Notes under the pieces: model-generated
What the model was told of the DNA's origin: nothing
What the model saw: only the letters and a program-made list of their open reading frames with translations
Databases searched by the model: none
Part shown: positions 45,263 to 60,932 of the stretch, piece after piece
Numbering within the stretch: position 1 is the first letter of the stretch
Layout: every line of letters begins with the position of its first letter
Made by a program: the position numbers and the translations under genes
Origin: Eledone cirrhosa
Taxonomy: Eukaryota
DNA: 64,000 bases
Reading direction: 5' to 3'
Assembly: GCA_964016885.1 (NCBI GenBank)
Contig: OZ024745.1
Location: 130,820,001-130,884,000, forward strand

Positions 45263-45753
45263 CACAAGGCCAGCAATTTTGGGGAAGGCGAAAGTTGATT
45301 AAATCGACCCCAGTGCGTTACTGCTACTTTATTTTATAAACCCCGTAAGGATGAAAGGCAAAGCTAACCTCGGTGGGATTTGAACTCCGACCGTAAAGGG
45401 ACGTAACTCTATGCTACAAAGCATAGCGTTCGATCTTTTACCGATACTGTCAATCCATGTTCTCTATTAGCCATAAGAGCTAATACCTACAAAACATAAA
45501 TTGAAGACATGAGAGTTACAAGTCATGGGGTTTACAAAACATGTGGCCAAGACAAGACAACGTTATTCAGACACCATGCTTTGCAGCATATAGTTACAGC
45601 CCTTTATGGTCAAATCTCGCCGAGGTTAACTTTGTCTTTCATCCTTACGGGGTCGATAAAATAAAGTACCAGTCACGCATTGGGGTCGATTTAATCGATT
45701 TTTTCCTCCCTCAAAATTGCGGACCTTGTGCCTATATAAGAAACCGTTATTAT
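45263..45753. mobile_element. Two divergent SINE group A copies (45263-45457 minus; 45570-45753 plus)
   Basis: Match group A, long-tail form. Confidence 0.85.
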
Positions 45754-46727
45754 AAAAATTAGAGTAAAGACGTTTATAATGAACGTACTAATAATTGACA
45801 ATAAAATATACAATAATTAAAAGATGATATAATAGTATAGAAAACTCTTTAAAATAACCCAACTACACACAGATGACACCGCGGTCAGATTGCTTCACAA
45901 CACTAGTTTTCTGTCTGGGCTGAGAATTGCTACACCCAAAAGTGTCATTGGGGATCTTTCATATTGGACTGAGTAAGAAATGTTTCCACATCAAGTATGG
46001 AACTGCATTCTAATGATTCATGGGCTGCATTTATAATGTTCGCTAACAGAATATCATTTGTATGTCCCAGAAAATCGAAGCTCATCCCTTCCTCAATCAA
46101 CCCATTGCTACTTTGTTCTTCTTCGGTGTGTTTAATAGTTCTACGAGTTTCTCGTTAGTTTTGCTAAGAATTATGAACAATTCAATATCAGGGAAACTAA
46201 ACAAGTTTGTTTGCTTTATTTTAGAGCGCAATCTATTTTTTTTTCTGTTTTTTTTTTTCTTTTTAGGGGCCCTTTCTCTGTGTTTCCAAAATGCTATCAA
46301 CCCTATTCGGGTTTTGTTTCTTTTTTATTGTCACAAGAATATAGGGTGACACTCTTGGTTATGGCCTGGAGATAGGGTCTCTCAGTCCCCTATTCGGACC
46401 CCGGAACCGAGGTCGAGACAATAACATTAGCTACTTTTGAAAGTGCACTTGCTGACCGCTATGTAAAGCACCCTTCATGACCCATCGTAGCTGTTGAGCA
46501 GAAAATTCTTAACGTAAGTTTTCTCTTATATGCGTAACAACTGGGCTTTCCGTCCTGAAAAACAAGTTATAAATATTTTGTCTTGGCCCCAAACTACAAA
46601 GCAGAACTCCTGGTATGGTTTATTGTCCGTCTTGTGTGGTTATGAAGACTTGTATGTTCATAGAGTCGCCACACGATCACTCAACGTTAAAATTCCCATC
46701 AGAGCTGACTACCTCTTCCTTCGAAGG

Positions 46728-46965
46728 AGGACGGTGGGTTGCCAGAGTTGTTAGATCGTTGTGTTCTTGAAAGAAAAAACACTTCATTTCACGCTGTTCC
46801 AGTACACTCAGCTGAAAATGAATAACAGCAATAGCTGGGGGATTTAACTCTGCGATGTACTTGCGTCCTGTCCAGAGAGAAGTCCTGTATTCTCAGTCGC
46901 TTTACGCCACGGAAACCGCGATAGGCTCCGATCTGATGAGCCTCCGAGCTCGAGACAGACTTTTG
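46728..46965 (+). mobile_element. SINE group B, degraded head
   Basis: gttgtgttcttga...acacttcatttcacgctgttccagtacactcagctgaaaatg...gtcgctttacgcc...cagactttt. Confidence 0.8.
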
Positions 46966-47219
46966 ACGATACGCCCAATGGTAAAAAAAGATTAAAACAG
47001 AATAAAATAAGCGACTGATCCGATCAAAAGGTATCAATACTGTTTTTATTGATTGTATTTAAAAGAAGAATTGTATTAATATATCCTAATGTTTCGAACT
47101 GTTTTGCTATTGAGGCAAATATAGAACGGTTTAGCTTTATCATACATATTGTTGTTGTGGTTTAAATACAGAATGGTTTAGCTTTATCATACATATTATT
47201 GTTGTGGTTTAAATGAAAA

Positions 47220-47520
47220 TATTATTGTTATTATTGTAATAATCTTTAATATTATTGTTACTATTCTTATCGTTATTGTCATTGCTGTTGTTGTTGTTGT
47301 TATTATTGCTGTTGTTGTTATTGTTATTGCTACTGTTGTTATTATTATTGCTACTGTTGTTGTTATTGTTATTGCTGCTGTTGTTGTTATTGTTATTGCT
47401 GCTGTTGTTGTTATTGTTATTGCTACTGTTGTTGTTATTGTTATTGCTGCTGTTGTTGTTATTGTTATTATTGCTCTTGTTGTTATTGTCATTGCTGTTG
47501 TTATTATTATTGTTATTTTA
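47220..47520 (+). repeat. (TTG/TTA/CTG)n trinucleotide low-complexity array
   Basis: Direct reading. Confidence 0.9.
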
Positions 47521-47789
47521 CTGTTGTTGTTGGGTTTATAGCAGGCTGATAATATTCCAGTTGAATCAAGTAAAGTAAAGATTATGATAAATCCGTGATT
47601 AAACTATCAGTCATATAGTTGACTGTCGTTTTATTTCCGATATCGTCAACGACTGTCTCAGAGAATTTTTGCTGATGACTGCATCTTTACTCGATTTTAT
47701 GTCAGTATCTTCTTTAGCAAAGCAAGCGCATGCATTTATCCCAAACGTAGAACCTCACAGTCGAATGAACGCATACATCAAAATACACA

Positions 47790-47850
<61 letters not shown>

Positions 47851-47980
47851 CATGTAAATATATATATATATATATATAACATGTAAATATATATATATAT
47901 ATGAATATATATATATATGAATATATATATATATATGAATATATATATAACATGTAAATATATATATATATAACGTGTAA

Positions 47981-48124
<144 letters not shown>

Positions 48125-48167
48125 TAAATCAATCAAAGAACGTCTACTTACTTATACAATTTTTATC

Positions 48168-48214
48168 CGCTAACAATGTTTCATCCATACCGTGGGGCAG
48201 GAATCCTCAGAGCG
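48168..48214 (-). ncRNA. Hammerhead motif in PLE-type end (~48125-48350)
   Basis: cgct-CTGAGGA-ttcc...ggat-GAAA-cattg-TT-agcg. Confidence 0.65.
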
Positions 48215-48351
48215 TAAACAATAAAAATATAGTGCTGAATATAAGCTCTACCAAGCTTAGTCACCAGAACAGTAGAGAAACAGTAGAGGATAGCATGAGG
48301 GAGATTGGATAGGAGAAGGATGGAGAGAATGCGTACTGGGTTTACTAGTCA

Positions 48352-48554
<203 letters not shown>

Positions 48555-48555
48555 A

Positions 48556-48594
<39 letters not shown>

Positions 48595-48730
48595 GTATAC
48601 ATTTAATTTGTTGCTAATTCACCAAATATATATATTTATAACTGTTTCGAAGCACTCGACCGATTTCTTTTCTGGAGTATAATATCAATGATATTAATAA
48701 ATGGAAACTATATTTATAAAACCATATTTA

Positions 48731-48787
48731 TTCTATTATATATATTTCAAGCGTACCAAAACTTTGGTACGCTCTCATCAGATAAAA
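48731..48787 (-). ncRNA. Minimal type-I hammerhead ribozyme (family C)
   Basis: ttttat-CTGATGA-gagcgtaccaaa gt tttggtacgctt-GAAA-TATATA-TA-atagaa. Confidence 0.8.
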
Positions 48788-48853
48788 TACAAAGTTTGTT
48801 TTATAAATATTGACATATCCAGGAACGAGGTCTTAACAGTTCAAGTTTTACCT

Positions 48854-48901
<48 letters not shown>

Positions 48902-48931
48902 ATCAAAAGATGGTTAAAAGAGTTACAAGTA

Positions 48932-48982
48932 TTTTATTATGCGCATTTCAAAAACAAATATCATCGTTTTCATCAGATAAAA
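48932..48982 (-). ncRNA. Minimal hammerhead, stem II deletion derivative of 20000-20066
   Basis: ttttat-CTGATGA-aaacgatgatatttgttttt-GAAA-TGCGCA-TA-ataaaa. Confidence 0.65.
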
Positions 48983-49184
48983 TAGGGATACATGATATGA
49001 AGGTTAAAAAACACTTGTGAATACGATATATATCGTATTCTACCTGGTTGTGGTGAGCCTGATAACGTTGTGTGCTTGGAAAGATGGTTGCAGCTATAAT
49101 GGGTGGTGTTTTAGTAGGTGACCACCTCCGAAGAAGATCTGCCCAGGCTACAGAATCATTTATATATGTGGGTTTGTGCATAAA

Positions 49185-49372
49185 ATAATTGTTTCTATAT
49201 TTGGCTCAAGGCCAGCAATTATCCCAGTGCATTACTGGTACTTTATTTTATCGACCTCGTAAGGATGAAAGGCAAAGTTAACCTCGGCGGAATTTGAACT
49301 CAGATCGTAAAGGGACGTAACTCTGTGCTGCAAAGCATGGCGTTCGACCCTCTGCTGATACAGCCAATCCAC
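49185..49372 (-). mobile_element. SINE group A (short-tail form)
   Basis: Reverse complement matches group A. Confidence 0.85.
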
Positions 49373-49381
49373 AATAATGGA

Positions 49382-49670
49382 AAGAAGACAGAAGTCAGAG
49401 GTTTGTAGTTAATTAGGTCATTGTACCATCGTTTCATAGGGTCGATGAATGGTGGAAGATCGATGTATTGATTAGCATGATAGTGGTTAGGTTACTTCAG
49501 AAACAGTTTCTGAAGAAGACGGTCGATCGAACAGGAATTTCGCGACTAGGTAGTAACATAACCACTACCATGTTGTTCGATACATCGATATTCCACGATC
49601 AATCGACACTCTGAAACGATCGTAGAACAATGAACTACCTATCTACCTCTGACTGATGTCTTGTTTTCAT
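49382..49670. mobile_element. Older, diverged fold-back unit with HHR 49505-49630 (plus)
   Basis: aagacagaagtcagagg...ggttact / agtaac...cctctgactgatgtctt inverted; CTGAAGA...GAAA-CGATCG-TA. Confidence 0.6.
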
Positions 49671-49684
49671 TGTTCTATACACAA

Positions 49685-49755
<71 letters not shown>

Positions 49756-49872
49756 TATATGAATTTATATATATGTATATATATATATACATATACACAT
49801 GTACATGTATATATATATATTCATAATCATATATATATACATATTTATATTTATACATATATATATTTATAC

Positions 49873-49923
<51 letters not shown>

Positions 49924-49935
49924 TGTGTGTGTATG

Positions 49936-49968
<33 letters not shown>

Positions 49969-50326
49969 GTGTGTGTGAGAGAGAGAGAGAGAGAGGGGGG
50001 GAGAGACAGAGAGAGAGAGTTCCACACCTCACACCATTATAACAATTTATGTCATGCTGCTGACTCTATATGAAATACGATCGTTTCTATCATATTTGTT
50101 GCTTTACTGCATCAGTTTATTGGATTTGCTATTTCATCAATTTGTCTTTGTTTGTCTTTGTTTGTCTTTGTTTGTCTTTCTATTTAACCTCATAGTTTTC
50201 TTATCTTTTCAAATATATATATATTTCCTTTTTCAATTAAATAAGTAGCAGGTGAGAGTTGAATAGAAAATTGTTTGTGTAGATAAGAAGAGAAAATACG
50301 AGTATGTGTATATGTGCTTGTTTGTG

Positions 50327-50379
<53 letters not shown>

Positions 50380-50589
50380 CGTGTGTGTGTGTGTGTTAGT
50401 GCATGTGTGTGAATGTACATGTGTATATGTGTATGTATATGTATATATGTATATATGTATATGTATATACATACATATATATATGTATGTGTATATATAT
50501 GCATGTGTGTATGTATCTATGTATGTATATATATATATGTATAAATACATACATAGATACATACACACATACATACATATATATGTATG

Positions 50590-50624
<35 letters not shown>

Positions 50625-51449
50625 GGATATGGATATATATATATAGTAATAATAATAAATTTGAAGACTAAAATCCAAAGAGGGCTCGATAAGGATAAAT
50701 ATATATCAAATATATAAGAACCGTAGAGCAAATATTTATTAAATATATGTACATATATATATATACACATATATATGTACATACATAGACACATCAAAAA
50801 TATGTATGTGTGTATGCGTGTATGTGTGTGTTTGTGTGTGTATATATATATACAGGACCACACAGCAGACAAACGCACGTGCATACATGCCCACTCAAAA
50901 TATAGAATGATTATGTCCCTTTCTAAACCTCTCTAACACCTAAGATACACAATGACTAGCATTTCCCCAAAATGTCTGACTGAATACACTCCTGCTATTT
51001 TTAAAAATGTGTTTCCGTTCCTCCGTTACTCACTCTTTATCTTTCTATGTAATGTTTTTATTTCTCAGTCTATCTTTTGATGAAGTCTTGTGTCCGAAAC
51101 CGAAAGATTCTTTTCCCTACTATGTCAAGCGTTAAACTAATATATTTCTTGATTTTCTGTGTTGCACGCTTTGTTGTTTCCGTTTATTTTTGCATACATA
51201 CACATACTCACAAACACACACTCACACACACATAACTATCAAAGTTATATATATATATATATATATCCATCTATGAACGTTAGACATTTATATGCCATGT
51301 ATATTCATTCTGTCATTACTACAGCAGAGGTCCAACGAGCTTTTGATTCCAGAGTCGGGCTAGATTAAAACAGGACGAACCTTGAGCTGATCAATAGCGA
51401 AACGCGCGTCACCAATCAATAAACTTAATGAAGGCTTAACAAATCGTTT

Positions 51450-52110
51450 TTGTATGTGTGGGTGTTTGTGTGTGTGTGTGTGCATGCGTGTTTGTGTGTG
51501 TGCATGTTTATATGTGTGCATGCGTGTTTGTGTGTGTGCATGCGTGTTTGTGTGTGTGCATGCGTGTTTGTGTGTGTGCATGTTTGTGTGTGTGCGTGTT
51601 TGTGTGTGTGCATGCCTATGTGGGCGTGTTTGTGTGTGCGTGTTTGAGTTTGTATGTTGAGCATGCTTGTGTGTGTGTGTTTGTGTGAGCATTTGTGTGT
51701 GGGTGTTTGAGTGTGTGTATGTGTGTTTGTGTGTGTGTTTGAGTGAGGAATTGTGTGTGGGTGTTTGAGTGTATGTATGTGTGTTTGTGTGTGTGTTTGT
51801 GTGAGCATTTGTGTGTGGGTGTTTGAGTGTGTGTATGTGTGTTTGTGTGAGCATTTGTGTTGTGTGTATGTGTGTTTGTGTGTGTTTGAGTGAGCATTTG
51901 TGTGTGGGTGTTTGAGTGTGTGTGTATGTGTGGTTGTGTGTGTGTTTGCGTGAGCATTTGTGTGTGGATGTTTGAGTATGTGTGTAACTGTGTTTGTGTG
52001 TGTTTGAGTGAGCATTTGTGTGTGGGTGTTTGAGTGTGTGTATGTGTGTATGTGTGTATATTTGTTTGTACGTGGGTGTGTGTGTGAGCATGTGCGTGTA
52101 TGTGTGTGTG
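51450..52110 (+). repeat. GT-rich minisatellites (gtgtgtgcatgcgtgttt; gagcatttgtgtgtgggtgtttga)
   Basis: Direct reading. Confidence 0.9.
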
Positions 52111-52326
52111 TATGTATGCATGTATGTATATACAGCAAAAGAAACCAAATTGAAAACTCTATCAGTGATATCAAGAATACAATTATGGCAAGGCAACGTG
52201 TCTGTGAGAGAGGTGTTCTGGTATTGTCATAGCAGGCGTGTTTATATCTAATTTAGAAAGGAAAAAACTGAAATATGTTTATCCATGCAATAAATATATT
52301 GCATCAAAAGCATACGATCGACATCT

Positions 52327-52550
52327 AGAGAGAGAATGAGGTTAAAGGGAAGAAGAGTAGAAAGAAAGGGTGAAGGGGAGAGAAGAAAGAAAGAGAAGAA
52401 GAAAGAGTGAAGGGAAGAGAAGAAAGAAAGAGAAGAATAAAGGCTGAAGGAAAAAAGAAAGAAAGAAAGAAAGAATTAAAGAAAGAAAGAAAGAAAGGAT
52501 GGAGGAGAAAAAGAAAGAGAGGAAGAGGAAAGGAAAGAGAGGAAGAATGA

Positions 52551-52593
<43 letters not shown>

Positions 52594-53120
52594 GAAGAAG
52601 GAAAATAGGAAAGAAAGAAAAAAGAAAGAAAGAAGGAAAGAAAGAATGAAGGAAAGAGAGAAAGGAAAAAGAAAGAGAGGAAGAATGAAGGAAGAAAGAA
52701 AGAAAAACTGATTGAATGAAAAGAAAATCTAAATCATCTCTCTCGTTCTCTCTTGTGTGTGCGTGCTCACATGTGTATGTGTGTAAGTGTGTGTGTGTGA
52801 GTGTGTGTGAGTGTGTGTGTTTGAGCGTGTGTGTGTGTGTGAGTGTGTGCGTGTGAGTGTGTGTGTGTGTGAGAGTGTAAGTGTGTGTGTGTGAGTGTGT
52901 GTGTGTGTGAGTGTGTGCGTGTGAGTGTGTGTGTGTGTGTGAGTGTGTGTGTGTGTGAGTGTATGTGTGTGAGTGTGTGTGTGAGTGTGCGTGAGTGTGT
53001 GTATGTGAGTGTGTAAGTATGTGTGTGTAAGTGTGTGCGTGTGAGTGTGTGTGAGTGTGTAAGTGTGTGTGTGAGTGTGTGTGTGTGTGAGAGTACGTGT
53101 GTGAGTGTGTGTGTGTGAGT
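52327..53120 (+). repeat. (GAAA)n-rich purine tract followed by (GT/GAGT)n tract
   Basis: Direct reading. Confidence 0.9.
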
Positions 53121-53688
53121 GGATCCTGAGTTAAAACGGGGATAACAACAGTTAATATGGAACTCAATCTATTGGTAGAGTGTAAGTACCGGTAGAGGGT
53201 CGGACGCCATGTTTGACGCATAGAGTTACGGCCCTTGCCATTCTGATGAAAGACTAGCGTCCGAAACGTTAAGACCCTCTTCCTGCTATATCAAGCGTTA
53301 ACCTAATATATTCCTTCCATATACTGATTGTGTTGTTTTTTCTGTTTAGTTTTCACATACATATATATATGCTGGCTGCCCCCTCGTTATCGAGTATGGC
53401 CATTGCACGAGAAAAAAATAAAAAAAAAAAGAAGAAAAAAAAAGAAAAAAAGAAAAAAAAAATATATATATATATATATATATTAATAACAATAATAATA
53501 GTAATAATAGCAACAATAATAATAACGACAACAACAACAATAATGATATACATATACATATATATATACACACACACGCACACACATAAACATATCTATA
53601 CACACACACGATAGCAACTAACAGCGCTGCGATCGAATGTGGCTCTTTAGCCCAGCCATTGCACAGAGTCGGCAACCAAAACATTCAC

Positions 53689-54003
53689 TAGTCTTGTGTA
53701 AGTAGGGGGGCGTAGATGGGGGGAAGAAGCGCCATGTCATTAAGACGGAAACGAAAGAAAGTATGTTAGGGATCTGAAGATGTAATGAAAGTAAACACGC
53801 ATTATGTGTGTGTGTGTTTGTGTGTGTGTATATATATATATGTGTGTGTGTATGTGTGTGTGCGTGTGTGTGCGCGTGTGTATATATATAGACATACACG
53901 GAAACATATAATCTATGCGTAAGTATGTATGTATATAGACATACACGGAAACATATAATCTATGCGTAAGTATGTATGTATATATATATAGAGAGAGAGA
54001 TAC

Positions 54004-54054
<51 letters not shown>

Positions 54055-55812
54055 ATATTTAACATATATCCAATATATATATACGTGTGTGAAGGAACAT
54101 GGCCGCCAATGTATATACATACATACATACTTTTGCTTGTGTGCGCGTCTGGGAATAATCTCTTACTTTTTACAAAGACTTCAAACACTTTAACCATAGT
54201 CTCTACATTAGTTATTGTTTTACATACAATAAAGTCTAAAGTCTGTCTTAAGCCAGAAGACTCATTGGCCGGTGCTTATCCCGGTTTCATGGCGTGAAGC
54301 GACTGAGAATACAAGACTCCCCCCTGGACAGGACGCCAGTCCATCGCAGGGTTAAACCTCCAGCTATTGCTGGTACTCATTTTCAGATGAGTATACTGGA
54401 GCAACCTGAAATGAAGTGTTTTGCTCAAGAACCCAACACACAACCCAGGAATCGAGCCCACGACATTATGATCGTAAGTCCAACACTCTTACCACTAGGC
54501 CACGTGCCTCCACGTAATATACAATACACCTACATATATATAATCACATATATTCTACTATGTAATCTGTGTGTATATGTGTTTCCTGTGTACAGATATT
54601 GAAACGAATAATAATATACAGCTTCAACATCAACAATCTTTAATTCGTTGAAAAGGAAAATGTTCGTGGAAATGTTATACAATAAACCAAAGATTTAAGG
54701 CAGGGTGTGATCATTATAACAAAAGTTTGTTGTTTTTTAAGCAGACAGTATTATTGATTTATGTGTCGCAGAAACCCCGTACTGGATTATAACCATCATT
54801 TCCAACGGGTCCGGGTAAATATTTCTTTCATATTTTATTTGACCCGTTTAGCTTGCTTCGTTTTTTTGTTTTTTTGCCTTAGGTGGTTGATAGCTTCTTA
54901 ACAGCCGTCTCAGTTTGTATGGCCTTTATAACATGTTTATTGCTCTGGTCTCTTTTGGTCCATGGAGCGCTTGCCACACAAATCGCTGAAATTTATATTT
55001 AATATAAGATCATATGGAAAAAACAATCTGATTGGTTAGTTACTCAAATACCCCCAAATAAGGTCATAGAACTAAACATACTACTAATTTACTACTAATT
55101 TTGAATAAAATTATTATTGCTTTTGATAACAGCTGGTGATATGCATGTAAGTAAATATTCTCCTTATTTGATATTTTGTAACTAACCTTACATAGATCGA
55201 TAACGAAGTATAGTTATTATTATTATCATCACCTAGAAACGATCGTAAAGCAGTGAAGTATATTTCTAATGACTTGATTTTTTTTATTTCATTGTTTTAA
55301 CATATATATATATATAACTATATATATATATATAGGAACAAGTAAGACCCCTGGGGTCTTACTTGTTCCTATTACCCACTCTACTACCCTAAGTATTGAG
55401 TACTTTGGTGCGTTATGGTCCACCTGGTTCCTTACCACATTTCCTTCGTTATATATATATATATATATATATGCGTGCAACAAGTATGTATGTAAATTCG
55501 TATGCATAATGCATACATAATATATATTGTCTGTAATATTCATATAGATATATATTGATACGCACACACCTACATACTTACGCATAGATTATATGTTTCC
55601 GTGTATGTCTATATATATACACACGCGCACACACACGCACACACACATACACACACACATATATATATATACACACACACAAACACACACACACATAATG
55701 CGTGTTTACTTTCATTACATCTTCAGATCCCTAACATACTTTCTTTCGTTTCCGTCTTAATGACATGGCGCTTCTTCCCCCCCATCTACGCCCCCCTACT
55801 TACACAAGACTA
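53689..55812. repeat. ~240 bp inverted duplication (53689-53929 / 55571-55812)
   Basis: Reverse-complement identity including microsatellite lengths. Confidence 0.9.
54231..54511 (-). mobile_element. Full-length SINE group B
   Basis: ggaggcacgTGGCCTAGTGGtaag A box, GGCTCGATTCC B box, CORE-like block, tgcgatggactggcgtcctgtccaggg, (agacttt)n tail. Confidence 0.9.
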
Positions 55813-56513
55813 CTCCTTCCTCTCTTACTATTACTCTCACTACAACTCCCACGGTTCATTTAATCCAACTTACTGTTAGTCTTCTTTCTCTTCTTCTTCA
55901 TTCACCTCTCCCCCCCCCCACAACCACCACCACCACCACCACCGCCGCCGCCTTCATCGCCGTCTACACCAACACCATGAATTTTCTCTTGTAAATGTCA
56001 TTGTACATCATATCTCAATCCCCCTCTCTAACTTTCTCTATCACCTTTCTCTCTCTCTCTCTATCTCACTCTCTCTCGCTCTCTCTCACTCTCTCACTCT
56101 CTCTCTCTGTCTCTTTCTTTCTCTTAAATATATATATATACATACCTATATACATACATCATGTCTCTCCCTATTTGTTTCTACCTTTTCTAATTCTCTT
56201 ACTCTCCAACTACAACTCCCTTAATTTACATATCTTTTCACATACTCCTTCGACCCTTTAATCTTACACATACACATACAAACACACACACACATACAAA
56301 CACACACACACATACAAACATACACACATACAAACACACACACACATACAAACACACACACACATACAAACACACATACAAACACACACACACATACAAA
56401 CACACACACATACAAACACACACACATACAAACACACACATACAAACACACATACAAGCACAAACACACATACATACAATAGGTGCATACAATCTCTCCT
56501 TCTTGTCTTCTTA

Positions 56514-56546
<33 letters not shown>

Positions 56547-56687
56547 TCTCTCTCTCTTTCTCTCTCTCACTCCCTCTGTCACTCTCTCTCTCTCTCTCTC
56601 TCTCACCTTCACACATATATAAACACACTTATATAACACACGAATACATCCTCTCCTCCTTGTTTTCTAACTCTCCCTCTTTTTCTT

Positions 56688-56728
<41 letters not shown>

Positions 56729-57100
56729 AACAACAAACACATACACTCACATTATTTCTCTCTTGCAGACTCTTTTTCTACCTCTCTCTCTCTTTATCTA
56801 TCTATTTCCCTTTCTACCTCTCTCTCCCTCTCCCTCTATCTCCCTTTCTATCTCTACCTCTCCCTCTCTCCATCTCTACCTCTCTCTCTTTCTCTCTCAC
56901 TCTCTCCCTCTATCTATCTATCTATCTCCCTCTCTCCCTCTCTCCCTCTCTCTCACACTCTCTCCTCTCTGATCCTCTTTACTATCTCCCATAATATATT
57001 TCCTGTCCCCATCACACCATTACCTCCCCTTATTTTCTATATATTTCTTTATTCCACTCTTGTCACATCTCTCTATTATCTCACTACACCATTTACCATT

Positions 57101-57645
57101 TGGATTGGCAGTATCGGTAGAGGGTCGGACGCCATGTTATGGCGGTGGATTGGCAGTATCGGTAGAGGGTCGGACGCCATGTTATGGCGGTGGATTGGCA
57201 GTATCGGTAGAGGGTCGGACGCCACGTTATGGCGGTGGATTGGCAGTATCGGTAGAGGGTCGGACGCCATGTTATGGCGGTGGATTGGCAGTATCGGTAG
57301 AGGGTCGGACGCCATGTTATGGCGGTGGATTGGCAGTATCGGTAGAGAGTCGGACGCCATGTTATGGCGGTGGATTGACAGTATCGGTAGAGGGTCGGAC
57401 GCCATGTTATGGCGGTGGATTGGCAGTATCGGTAGAGGGTCGGACGCCATGTTAGGGCGGTGGATTGGCAGTATCGGTAGAGGGTCGGACGCCAGGCTTT
57501 CCAGCATAGTTACGTCCATTTACGATCTGAGTTCAAATCCCGCCGAGGTTGACTTTGCCTTTCATCCGTACGGGGTCGATAAAATAAAGTACCAGTAATG
57601 CACTGGGTAATTGCTGGCCTTGTGCCTAAAGTAGAAACAATTATC
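57101..57645 (+). mobile_element. SINE group A whose 45 bp 5' head is amplified nine times in tandem
   Basis: tggattggcagtatcggtagagggtcggacgccatgttatggcgg at 57101+45n (n=0-8), then normal B box, body and tail. Confidence 0.92.
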
Positions 57646-57653
57646 TTCTGCCC

Positions 57654-57730
<77 letters not shown>

Positions 57731-57885
57731 ACATATTCTTCGTCCCACCTACATTTCTATGCCTCTTTATTTCATCATTTTTGCCATCAGACTTATTTAT
57801 CTATATCACCCCTCTTTCTCCAAACTCCCCTAACTCCACTTTCTCTGTCTATCTAGCTATCTAGCAATCTCTCTCTCTCTCTCTC

Positions 57886-57954
<69 letters not shown>

Positions 57955-57956
<2 letters not shown>

Positions 57957-58290
57957 AGAGAGAGGAACTGCATCCCAGTAAATTTACTGAAAGGTGGGTG
58001 AATGAAGCGAAAATGGCCCGAGTGATTGGGCCTTCTCTGTTTATAAACCTGTAGGTTAAAGAAGAGAGCAAAGGGAAGAAAGGATCACTTGCACAACACG
58101 CTCCTGAAGTTGAGGGTTGTTCTATCTACGGGGTATTAAACAACCCATTTGTGGCGCCTCTCCCTATTGGGGATTTCGATTGTTATAATTGTTTGTTTTT
58201 TATATTTTTTACACGACTCTATGTAAAATCCCCGGCATGTGTCTTTGTATTGTCCCCTTTTCTTGTGCGCCCTTGTGGCTAATAAAGAAA
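57955..58290 (+). mobile_element. L1/Tx1-type LINE 3' end with (TATC)n tail
   Basis: EREELHPSKFTERWVNEAKMARVIGPSL aligns with EREVVSSQHFVERWVREARMARVNGPTL (44670-44894 minus); ends gtggctaataaagaaa. Confidence 0.7.
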
Positions 58291-58499
58291 TATATCTATC
58301 TATCTATTATATGTATCGATCTATCTATCAATCTATCCACCTCTCTACCTATTTGTTTATCAATCTAGACATCTATCTCTCTTCTAAATATTCTATTTAA
58401 GTCTTTATCCCAATGACTTCCTTTATCATTTCATCCCCACCCCATCGCTTTCCTTCCATCAGCCCCTTCACGTATTTCTCTCCCTCTCGTTATCACCCA

Positions 58500-58552
<53 letters not shown>

Positions 58553-58640
58553 CACACACATGTATATATACATATGAATATATACATATACATATATATA
58601 TATATTCTTTTGTTTACATATTATAGATATACATATATAC

Positions 58641-58805
<165 letters not shown>

Positions 58806-58814
58806 CATATATAT

Positions 58815-58865
<51 letters not shown>

Positions 58866-58878
58866 CATATATACAGCA

Positions 58879-58922
<44 letters not shown>

Positions 58923-59444
58923 TATATATATATATACATATATATACATATATATACATATATATACATATATATATATATATCTGTGTGTATATATATA
59001 TGCATATGCACACGCACACATACAAATACTCGCACGCACATACATACATACATACATACATACATACATACATACATACATACATACATACATACATACA
59101 TACATACATACATACATACATACATACATACATACATTTCTCTCTCTGTTTATGTCTTTCACTATTATCCGTGTGTCCACAACCTCCCTGTCTCTAATTA
59201 TTTCAGCATCGCTATCAAGGACACGTTATGACAATATAGACAGATCGTTGCCCCAAATAAACACATCCATGCTCAGCAAATGTTTCTGTTCTACATAATT
59301 ATAATATCTATGGTCGTATATATTACAATGCTTGTTTGTCACATAACATTGTCTAAAGTTGTCAACAACTGATAACACTATATAAGGTTTCGCTTCCAGG
59401 GTGGAATTTTTATTTTGATTATACACAGACATTTAAGTGTGTTT

Positions 59445-59521
<77 letters not shown>

Positions 59522-59751
59522 ATAAACACTGACTTTTCTTATTTCTTTGTGTCATTTTTTTCTCTTTTACCGGGAGGTTAGTAGCACATTATAAGCTTTA
59601 GCCCCCTCACCAGATGGCCTTAAGTAGACCGAATAGCCAGCACTTGAGGGCGACCGGCTAAAGTGGAAGATGCTAGATGGTCGGTCGTCCTCGGGTCTAT
59701 GATTTTCAGCCCCATGGATTTTATCTGTTACATTCATTTATTATATTTCGA

Positions 59752-59809
59752 ATACCTGATGATATCACCGGATTCATACGGAACCCGGTCATTGAAATGA
59801 TCATAGTAT
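59752..59809 (+). ncRNA. Minimal type-I hammerhead ribozyme (canonical core)
   Basis: atac-CTGATGA-tatc accgg...ccggt catt-GAAA-TGATCA-TA-gtat, in a (TA)n-flanked segment 59525-59865. Confidence 0.75.
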
Positions 59810-59884
59810 AATAAACCTTTCAAGGATTTACACAAGTCCAGCCTCCTGTTATTTTATTATAATTATATACATATATATATATAC

Positions 59885-60885
<1,001 letters not shown>

Positions 60886-60887
60886 AA

Positions 60888-60932
<45 letters not shown>

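Noticed and set aside
46936-46962. Hammerhead-like CTGATGA...GAGAC in the SINE B tail (CTGACGA...GAAAC at 13407-13432)
   Set aside because: The local hairpin GAGC/GCTC uses the core bases, there is no stem I, and the motif is not conserved across copies; more likely the LINE-type 3' stem-loop
53784-53806. CTGAAGA-tgtaat-GAAA in the inverted duplication
   Set aside because: No stem II, stem I or palindromic stem III; likely chance
57101-57493. CRISPR-like regular array
   Set aside because: Units are contiguous with no unique spacers, there are no cas genes, and the unit is SINE-derived
56483-57598. 371 aa ORF and overlapping repeat ORFs (GSDAMLWRWIGSIG...)
   Set aside because: Made of (CT)n plus the 45 bp SINE-head array; open only because 45 is a multiple of 3
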